64,000 nucleotides of DNA, taken from IMG/VR virus record IMGVR_UViG_3300047548_000808, one strand, 5' to 3'. Each line of letters opens with the position of its first letter. The first letter of the stretch is position 1. Below are positions 50,771-58,677 of this stretch, piece by piece. The notes under the pieces are model-generated. The model was not told the origin of the DNA and searched no databases. It saw nothing but the letters and a program-made list of their open reading frames with translations. A program made the position numbers and the translations under genes. This DNA is from an uncultured virus (IMG/VR IMGVR_UViG_3300047548_000808). Its lineage: Duplodnaviria > Heunggongvirae > Uroviricota > Caudoviricetes.

Positions 50771-51421
50771 ATGTCAGAAGAATTGAAAGCAGTTTATTTT
50801 CCAACAGAGTTTCCAAGGTCTTCTATAGTAAATACTCTGATAACCATAGAGTACGCTATTGAACAGGGGAACGTAAAGAAGGAAACCAGAACAGGAGGTT
50901 TGCCGAACTTGTGGTCTGTAAAGATTGATGGGGTGAAACATTTGTTCATCAAGCACCCAGAAAAAGAAATACCAATCATATACTTTACTCTAAAGTCTAT
51001 TGCAGCTCCTGATATTGGTAAGGTTGTACGTATTTCAGGAATTGCAAAACACACAGAGCTGATTAGCGGGGAGCTAGACAAGTATCACGGATATCAGGAT
51101 TTACCTTCTAGAATTATTCTAGATTTATTGGTGCCCGAGTTTAGTACGGTATCATGCGATCGTCTTCAAACGGAGGATGGCAAAAGACTATGGGATAATT
51201 TGGTAAAAGAGATGTTTATTGAGCGTAGCAACTATAATCTATACCTCTGGGACTTCAGGGACGTAGACAAGATAGTGTTGCGTAGACTAAAGACCTACAG
51301 AGCCTTCAAGAATCTAGAATCAATGATATATGGAAGTTCTTCCGAACACAAGAACATCCTTCTAGTAATCAGCAATAGAGAACTGAAGCAGACTAGCAGC
51401 ATGCAGAACGTTTACGCCTAG
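50771..51421 (+). CDS. Divergent GNAT-fold-like protein, subfamily B
   Basis: YHGYQDL...SCDRLQTEDGKRLWDNL. Confidence 0.55.
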   Translation: MSEELKAVYFPTEFPRSSIVNTLITIEYAIEQGNVKKETRTGGLPNLWSVKIDGVKHLFIKHPEKEIPIIYFTLKSIAAPDIGKVVRISGIAKHTELISGELDKYHGYQDLPSRIILDLLVPEFSTVSCDRLQTEDGKRLWDNLVKEMFIERSNYNLYLWDFRDVDKIVLRRLKTYRAFKNLESMIYGSSSEHKNILLVISNRELKQTSSMQNVYA

Positions 51422-51591
51422 CAGCTAAGGATGTTCAACATGATGTTGTGGAGATTAAAAAATGAATAGCCATTACAGAATTTCTAAACTAGAGGATAAT
51501 CAGTGGGCCGTATGGGCAGAAAATAATATCCTATTATTCGTAGGAAGTATAGAAGATTGCGAAAACTACTGTGAATCATATAATGTAGACT

Positions 51592-51915
51592 ATGACCTTT
51601 TACTACCGGAGCCTAAGCTCAGTTGGTACCCATATTAAACTAAAGAGTGCTAGTATGAACTGCATGTATGTAAAAGGAAAGAAGAATCCTAACAAGTATT
51701 TGTGGGCTAGATTTGGTGACAAAGAAAAACCTGGAGTAGAATGCTCGTCTAAAGGACATAAACATTATTCTGCGATATATGCATTGATGCTTGATGGAAG
51801 ATCAATAGAGGCGCACTATCAGTGTGATGTTAAGGGGTACAACCCAGGAGGACAAAACTGGAGCTTCTTATATTCTTCATTGCCTACGTGTAGCAGAAGC
51901 AATGTCAACAACTGA
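51592..51915 (+). pseudogene. Apparently 3'-truncated phage protein running into the HD gene
   Basis: WARF...ECSSKG.K.YSA..A...DGRSIE.HYQ..VKGY, then a tail lying out of frame within the next gene. Confidence 0.45.
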
Positions 51916-52240
51916 AGAAAAGATTGTTGCTCTTCTACATGATATTGTTGAAGATACGGAAATCACATTTGAGTATCTTGAGCACGAAGGATTTTCTAAA
52001 GAAGTAGTAGCTGCGGTAAAAGCTATTACACGAGAACTGGAAGAACCGTACAACGCTTATCTGAGGAGAGTTGCACAGAATGAACTTGCGTATAAAGTAA
52101 AACTTGCAGACATGCTGGATAATTCAGACGTAACTAGATTCGGTGCAAATCCCACAGAAGAGCAGGCAACAAAATGCGCTAGCTATGTTAAAAAGCGTAA
52201 CACCTTAGTTACGCTACGCGCTAACCTAGCTAGTACTTAA
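51824..52240 (+). CDS. HD-domain (RelA/SpoT hydrolase, Mesh1-like) protein, N-terminally truncated
   Basis: QEDKTGASYILHCLRVA, ALLHDIVEDT, VKLADMLDN. Confidence 0.75.
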   Translation: MMLRGTTQEDKTGASYILHCLRVAEAMSTTEEKIVALLHDIVEDTEITFEYLEHEGFSKEVVAAVKAITRELEEPYNAYLRRVAQNELAYKVKLADMLDNSDVTRFGANPTEEQATKCASYVKKRNTLVTLRANLAST

Positions 52241-52245
52241 GGAGT

Positions 52246-52719
52246 TTGACAATGAATAAAATCACCTACACCTCTTACCACGCAACCTTTCTAGATTGCA
52301 TTATTAGTACCGTACAGGACTATGTATACTGCGATGCCTCATTAGTATACATTACAGCCGACCGAATGACGGAAGGAAAGTTTCGTATTACTCGATCCAT
52401 GATCGAAGAAAACGATGATCCTTTGACCAATATGATTCGGTATCCAGGAAAAGATGGAACTTATGTCAGGAACAAACTAGACTTCGAGCTTGTAGGTACG
52501 CATGCCATACACGTAGGACTAATAACTGACAGTCCTAACTGCGAACTAGAAGTGCGTCATGCATTCAGCACAACACCCAGTAAGCTAGTTAAAGCTCTAA
52601 CTGGATGCACATTTACAGACTTCGCTGTTCTAATCCATCCAACAGAAGGCTGTATTTTTAATATGATGTTTAGGGTGGCTCCAGACTCGTTTGAGCTAGA
52701 GAAGCTGGTACGCTGTTAA
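52246..52719 (+). CDS. Hypothetical protein
   Basis: AAGGAG RBS; terminator at 52724-52748. Confidence 0.7.
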   Translation: MTMNKITYTSYHATFLDCIISTVQDYVYCDASLVYITADRMTEGKFRITRSMIEENDDPLTNMIRYPGKDGTYVRNKLDFELVGTHAIHVGLITDSPNCELEVRHAFSTTPSKLVKALTGCTFTDFAVLIHPTEGCIFNMMFRVAPDSFELEKLVRC

Positions 52720-52769
52720 TGGTAGGGGAGTGAAATCACTCCCCTTTCTTAGGTTACAAGGGCACAAAG

Positions 52770-53177
52770 ATGAAAATTCAATTATCTGTCGCTCAAGAAA
52801 ATATTCTTGAATCACTAGAAAAACTAGGTGGATGGTCAACCATAACGCAGGCCCAACTAGAATCAGGGTATTCCGAAGACTTTACTGCTAAGACTCTTAA
52901 TGATCTGGTAGACCTTGGTATCCTACAGTGCTCCAAACTTAGACCCCATTTATTTTCTTTAGTTGGAAAACCATTAATACCAACGTTGAAAGAAACAACT
53001 ATCAGGCTAGACTGTGACTTTAAGCCTTTAGCTAGAGCAGCAGCTCACACCAGTGGAAATTCGCTGGCTCTTAAGCAGTATATGACAGGTAAGATATCAA
53101 CCACTATATCTGTTAGAATACTGCTGAAACTGGCAGACTTGGCAGGATATGATCTAGTTCTTGTTCGGAGAAAATAA
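52770..53177 (+). CDS. Putative winged-helix DNA-binding protein
   Basis: ILESLEKLGG.STITQ...SGYS...AKTLNDLVDLGIL. Confidence 0.5.
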   Translation: MKIQLSVAQENILESLEKLGGWSTITQAQLESGYSEDFTAKTLNDLVDLGILQCSKLRPHLFSLVGKPLIPTLKETTIRLDCDFKPLARAAAHTSGNSLALKQYMTGKISTTISVRILLKLADLAGYDLVLVRRK

Positions 53178-53766
53178 TATGGCTACAGTATACTACAAAG
53201 GTACAGCTATCTCAACCAACTCAAAAGCATACGAGTTGTTTCAGGAAAGAGGAAAATCTGCTCAGCATGAGAAGGTTCTACAGAAGCATCTTGAAGACGT
53301 TCATAACAACTATGTAGCTGCAGCTTTCGGAGGTAACCGAGAAGCCTATAAAAGTTGGAAGGAAAACTACAAGTGAGCCGAATGAAAACCTATAAGCGAA
53401 ACTTCACAGAAGACGGTAAGCCAACAGATGATTTCAAACGACGCAACCCAGAATCCTATAGTCTGGTAATTAGACCCAACGGAACTTCTTTCTACAAACT
53501 CAAACCTGTAAAGCTAAAATGAACCAAGCAAACTGCAATACTTGTGATTATAAGCACCATGCAGATGGTGGACACTGCTATATGTATAAAACTGAACCTA
53601 GCGTTACGTGTAACGCACATACGGCACGGAGCATGCGTGGTATCACACTAGTTGCCAAAGAAGTAGGTAGCCTAATGTATAATAAAGATATCTCGGATGA
53701 AGAGTTCAAACGCGCTGCTACATCTATTCTTACTAAGATGTTCGCATCTATCTAACTGGAAATAAA

Positions 53767-54371
53767 ATGAAACTAACTCTTGTGACTGAGCCAGTTACCA
53801 GTCAGGATGAGATACGTATTAACACATACGAACCTAGAAGCATCTTTGATTGGCTTTTTAACAAACCAAAGAAGATAACGTATAGTCAGTTTTTTCCAGG
53901 TAGGATTAATATTGACAAGTTTCTTGTGTCTTCAGAATTTCCTTTAGACTATGGTCAGAAACTGAACGCTATATTTGGGCATTATAATTATGTAGGAATC
54001 ATGCCACTAAACATGATTGAACATACTACATATCCATATGTATACGAATGCTGCGTAGACTCTATAGAGGAAGTAAAATGAAACTAGTCGTACCATCGGT
54101 AGTAAAGACGGAAACTGTATTCGTTCCAGTATACGAAGAGCAAACCTTCTGGCAGAAGTTGTTTCGCCGCCCTAAGCGAGTAGCGCTAACTGAACCCAGG
54201 GCTACAGTGAGTGTGGGAAACTGTACTATCGAAACTGCTACAGAACTAGCACTACTTAGTAAATTCGATTACAAGTTTGGAACTAAGCTATACGTTGGCA
54301 TCAAACCGTTCATGTCTGTGCGCGAAGGCCGATATCGCTGCACGGTTGACGAGATACTCGACCAGATATAA
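53767..54371 (+). other. Tandem paralog pair (53767-54081 and 54078-54371)
   Basis: MKL...YE...LF..PK...YVGI.P...Y.C.VD.I in both. Confidence 0.7.
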
Positions 54372-54373
54372 AT

Positions 54374-55000
54374 ATGGAATTAGATGCAGTTTATTTCCCA
54401 GCTACGTTGAATGAACAACTAGGATTTTTCTATGTATTCGAGTGTGAGAAAGCTCTAAAGGAAGGTGCAGCAAAACAACTTAATTCAAGAGGACTTCCAA
54501 ATTTATATAGCTGTAGGTCTGCGGGCAAAACTCTTTATTTTGTAAAACATCCAGAGAAGGAAGTTCCAGTTGTATTCTTCACGCTTGGAAAGAACAGGTC
54601 AGGTTCTCTAAAAACTGATATTGTACATAATACGTATATAATGAAGAACCCAGAACTTGAGCGGGGAGAAATTTCAAAGTATCATGGGTTCAACAATCTG
54701 ATGATACAGATAATTCTCGATTATCTTGTACCAAAGTTTGGGGTTGTATCAACTGATAGGTCGCAGACGTACTCAGGCAAACGAGTATGGGAACAACTAC
54801 TGGAGGAAGTGTTCCATACTCATGGAAATTACTTTGTATATCTATGGGATTTTTCTAGTCCAGAAGCGACCAAATTAACTCAGCTAAAAAGCTTCAGAAT
54901 ATTTAAATCTATGGAAGATAAAATATACGGAGACACTGAGGACTTTCGCAAGATCTTGTTGCTTATCAGTACCAAACGTCTGAAGAACTACCAGACTTGA
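54374..55000 (+). CDS. Divergent GNAT-fold-like protein, subfamily B (closest to 50771)
   Basis: AVYFP, GLPNL, KHPEKE.P, YHGFNNL, STDRSQTYSGKRVWEQL. Confidence 0.55.
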   Translation: MELDAVYFPATLNEQLGFFYVFECEKALKEGAAKQLNSRGLPNLYSCRSAGKTLYFVKHPEKEVPVVFFTLGKNRSGSLKTDIVHNTYIMKNPELERGEISKYHGFNNLMIQIILDYLVPKFGVVSTDRSQTYSGKRVWEQLLEEVFHTHGNYFVYLWDFSSPEATKLTQLKSFRIFKSMEDKIYGDTEDFRKILLLISTKRLKNYQT

Positions 55001-55077
55001 CAGCAGGTTAGACCTGTGCTATACTAGAGGGGCGAGCATATGCTCGCCCCTGTTACAGCTTACCTGAAGGAAATACC

Positions 55078-55668
55078 ATGTCTAAAGCTCTACGTGTAGT
55101 TAACGGAGAACTATATATTTATGGAAATCTTATCTCACGTAACTCAGAACGGCCTTGGCTTTTTAGTATCACAGACGTACATAAGGCTTGCTCATCTATA
55201 ATTAAAAAAGACGCCGTAGAAAAAGGCAAGGATCCTGAAGTATTGTTCAAGAGCAAGCAGCCAAACGCTTGGCTTAAAAACTATGTAAAAGAAGATACAT
55301 TTGCGTGGACTTCTAAATACGTTCGTCGTCGTGTTGCTAAGCACGGAATAAACTGTGGTTTTGGAACGTCAGCCAAATTTGATCCACGGACCGATCCGAT
55401 AAATGCCGCATCACTAATAGCTACATGTGACCTTACACCACAAGAGCTATGTATTCATGTAGTAAAAGGAGGTTCTACCCGAGGTAACTCAAAAACAACT
55501 CAGGGGACTTTTGTATGTCAGGACTTCATCGTAGGGTACGCTAGTTTTCTAAGTGTTATTATAGAGGTAGAAATTATTAGTACATTTATATCCGTACTAA
55601 ATGGATATTCAAAAGAAGTAACTAAGCAAGTTAAAAAGAACGAATCAAGAGCTAGGCCAATGCGCTAA
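55078..55668 (+). CDS. KilA-N domain protein lacking the C-terminal domain (family member 5)
   Basis: Aligns to the paralogs up to KKNESRA, then stops. Confidence 0.75.
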   Translation: MSKALRVVNGELYIYGNLISRNSERPWLFSITDVHKACSSIIKKDAVEKGKDPEVLFKSKQPNAWLKNYVKEDTFAWTSKYVRRRVAKHGINCGFGTSAKFDPRTDPINAASLIATCDLTPQELCIHVVKGGSTRGNSKTTQGTFVCQDFIVGYASFLSVIIEVEIISTFISVLNGYSKEVTKQVKKNESRARPMR

Positions 55669-55759
55669 TAATCGGATCGGTAAGTAATAGCAAGAATAAT
55701 CGGATCGGTCTGACCGATCCGATTATAGTCACCTTAGTAATCTAAAAGGAAATAAACTC

Positions 55760-56656
55760 ATGTCTAAGACTCCAATCATTGTTGTTGATTCTGGCGAACT
55801 GTATGTTTTCGGAAATCTCATTTCTCGACACCCAGAAACTCCGTGGTTGTTCTCTATAACTGATATGTATAAAGCTTGTGAGAAAGCCATTAAGAAAGAA
55901 GCTTTTAGGAAGAATCTAAAGCCAGAAGCTCATTTTCTAAATAAGCGACCAAATCAATGGTTACGTACTAAAGATAACTATAGCATTGCAAAATCTGCAG
56001 CCTCTACCCGTAAGCGCCTTACTAGGTACGGAATTAGCTGTGGTTTTGCTGCGGGTACCGATAATCAGCCACGCGCATCGGTCCAGTCCAAAACTGGATC
56101 AGATAGAGATATGGTGATTAAGGTAGTAAAAGGTGGTTCTACAAAAGGTGCTAACAAGGTCGTTCAAGGAACCTACGTCTGCCAGAATTGGATTGTTCAA
56201 TACGCTGCTTTCCTGAATGAGTCGTTGAGTGAAGAAATTACTAATACATTCGTTTCCGTTCTAAACGGGTACAAGGAAGAAGTTACTAATAAGGTAGAAA
56301 AGAACGAAAATCGTGCAAAAGGAACTCAGACTCGTGCAGATAATATTCAACTGAACCATCGTCTAGTTGAGGCGTGTGGCCTGAAACGTATTATCCCAAT
56401 GAAGGTACAGCAGGGTGTTAACGAAGGTGTTCTTGGTATGACGGCAACCAAATATAAGAAGTTGCATTCTATCAAAGAACCATTCAACGATAACTTGACT
56501 GAAGATCAAGTTGATATGAAAAACATTGGAATTTCCTTGGCAACTATGCGTATCCGTAATCATGTTAAAGAAACCCTTACACACAAAGAAGGCACTCATA
56601 TCGGCCTAACTTCTGGACAACGTGCACGCAAGCTAGCAGAAGAATCTAAGGACTAA
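55760..56656 (+). CDS. KilA-N plus C-terminal domain protein (member 6)
   Basis: Same motifs as 17540-18535. Confidence 0.8.
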   Translation: MSKTPIIVVDSGELYVFGNLISRHPETPWLFSITDMYKACEKAIKKEAFRKNLKPEAHFLNKRPNQWLRTKDNYSIAKSAASTRKRLTRYGISCGFAAGTDNQPRASVQSKTGSDRDMVIKVVKGGSTKGANKVVQGTYVCQNWIVQYAAFLNESLSEEITNTFVSVLNGYKEEVTNKVEKNENRAKGTQTRADNIQLNHRLVEACGLKRIIPMKVQQGVNEGVLGMTATKYKKLHSIKEPFNDNLTEDQVDMKNIGISLATMRIRNHVKETLTHKEGTHIGLTSGQRARKLAEESKD

Positions 56657-56739
56657 TATCAATAAAAACCGCTCATGCGGTTTTCCCTACTTGCCTAAGA
56701 CCAAGGGCACCTCTGAACTACCAACCAAAAGGAAATAAA

Positions 56740-57624
56740 ATGTCCAAGACTCCGATCATCGTTGTTGATTCTGGTGAACTATATCTGCTGGGTAAACTCA
56801 TCAGCCGACATACAGAACTTCCGTGGCTCTTCTCTATTACGGATGTGTATAAAGCCTGCGAAAAATCAATTAAACGTGAAGCTGTACGTAAGGGAAAGAA
56901 ACCCGAAACCTACTTTAAAACTCGTGCTCCTGGGCAATGGCTTCGTACCAAGGATGAAGATGGAATTAAACGTTCTGCATCTGCTACTCGTAAGCGACTT
57001 ATTAAGTATGGCATTAATTGTGGATTTGGATCAAATAGTGATGTGCACATGTGCACATCACTAAAGTTTCAAGAATTGACTGCTAATCAATTAGTAATTA
57101 AAACCGTGAAGGGAAATTTCAAGGACGGGTCTACCCAAGGAACATATGTATGCCAGAACTGGATTGTACAATATGCTTCCTTCCTGAATGAAGCTCTAAG
57201 CGAAGAAATCACAACTACATTCACTTCCGTGCTGAATGGACACGTAGAAGAAGTAACCAAGAAGGTAGAAAAGAACGAACGCATCGCAAAAGGTACTCAA
57301 GCTAGACAAGATAACAAAGATCTAAATAGTGAACTGGTTGAAGCCTGTGGACGTAAACACCTATTACCAATGAAGGTCCAGCAAGGTGTTAATGAAGGTG
57401 TCCTTGGAATGTCTGCGACTAAATACAAAAAGCTGCACGATATCAAAGAACCTTTCAACGATAATCTAACTCAAGAACAAATCTATATAAAGAACATTGG
57501 TATCAACATTGCAACCTATCGTATTCATATGCACAAGGCACCAAGAATCGGGCAGAAGGAAGGAAACATGATCGGCATTACCTCTGGACAACGTGCCCTT
57601 AAACTAGCCGCAGAATACGAATAA
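56740..57624 (+). CDS. KilA-N plus C-terminal domain protein (member 7)
   Basis: Same motifs; leader identical to that of member 1. Confidence 0.8.
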   Translation: MSKTPIIVVDSGELYLLGKLISRHTELPWLFSITDVYKACEKSIKREAVRKGKKPETYFKTRAPGQWLRTKDEDGIKRSASATRKRLIKYGINCGFGSNSDVHMCTSLKFQELTANQLVIKTVKGNFKDGSTQGTYVCQNWIVQYASFLNEALSEEITTTFTSVLNGHVEEVTKKVEKNERIAKGTQARQDNKDLNSELVEACGRKHLLPMKVQQGVNEGVLGMSATKYKKLHDIKEPFNDNLTQEQIYIKNIGINIATYRIHMHKAPRIGQKEGNMIGITSGQRALKLAAEYE

Positions 57625-57716
57625 TAAGTTAAACCGCATGAGCGATTTTCTATGCTTTTATTTACTCTGGAGGGTAGTCTTCTCTCCAGAGTTACAACTT
57701 TCTTGAGAAAAATACC

Positions 57717-58604
57717 ATGTCTAAGACTCCAATCATTGTTGTTGATTCTGGCGAACTGTATGTTTTCGGAAATCTCATTTCTCGACATCCAGATTTTCCA
57801 TGGCTTTTCTCAATTACTGATATTTACAAGGCATGTGAGAAACCCATCAGGAAAGAAGCTTTGCGCAAAGGAAAGAATCCTGATACTTTCTTTAGGACTC
57901 GTGCACCTAGTCAATGGTTACGCACAAAGGACGAGCATACAATCCAAAAATCTGCGAAATCAATTCGTAAGCGTCTGACAAAATATGGAATTAACTGTGG
58001 ATTTGGTGTAGTAATGTCATCGTCCACTGTGCGCCGGCGCACAGTGGACGAGCTTACTGATACTCAGATTTGCATGTTCAAAGTAGAAGGAGGTAGCGCA
58101 AAAGCTCGCGTACATGGAACCTACGTCTGCCAAACCTGGATTGTTCAGTATGCAGCATTCCTAAACGAATCACTTAGCGAAGAAATCACTAATATATTCG
58201 TCTCAGTTCTCAACGGTTACGTAGAAGATGTAACCAAGAAGGTAGAAAAGAACGAGCGTATTGCTAAGGGTACACAAACCCGTCGAGAAAACAAACAGTT
58301 GAACGACGAACTAGTCGAAGCCTGTGGTTTCAAGAAACTGCTACCTATGAAGGTGCAGCAGGGTGTTAATGAAGGTGTACTAGGAATGACTGCAACTAAG
58401 TACAAGAAACTACATTCTATCAAAGAACCTTTCAACGATAACTTGACAGAAGACCAAGTATCAATCAAAAATATGGGAATTATTCTTGCGACAATGCGGG
58501 TACGAAATCATCCGAAACCTGAGCTAAGTCACAAGGAAGGAAGTTACATCGGCCTAACTTCTGGACAGCGCGCACGCAAGCTAGCAGAAGAGTCTAAGGA
58601 CTAA
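57717..58604 (+). CDS. KilA-N plus C-terminal domain protein (member 8)
   Basis: Same motifs; 5' and 3' ends nearly identical to member 6. Confidence 0.8.
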   Translation: MSKTPIIVVDSGELYVFGNLISRHPDFPWLFSITDIYKACEKPIRKEALRKGKNPDTFFRTRAPSQWLRTKDEHTIQKSAKSIRKRLTKYGINCGFGVVMSSSTVRRRTVDELTDTQICMFKVEGGSAKARVHGTYVCQTWIVQYAAFLNESLSEEITNIFVSVLNGYVEDVTKKVEKNERIAKGTQTRRENKQLNDELVEACGFKKLLPMKVQQGVNEGVLGMTATKYKKLHSIKEPFNDNLTEDQVSIKNMGIILATMRVRNHPKPELSHKEGSYIGLTSGQRARKLAEESKD

Positions 58605-58677
58605 TACCGAGAACCGCTCATGCGGTTTTCTTTATGCTTTCAACACCGAGCACAAAGAAAACAACTGGAGAAGTATA

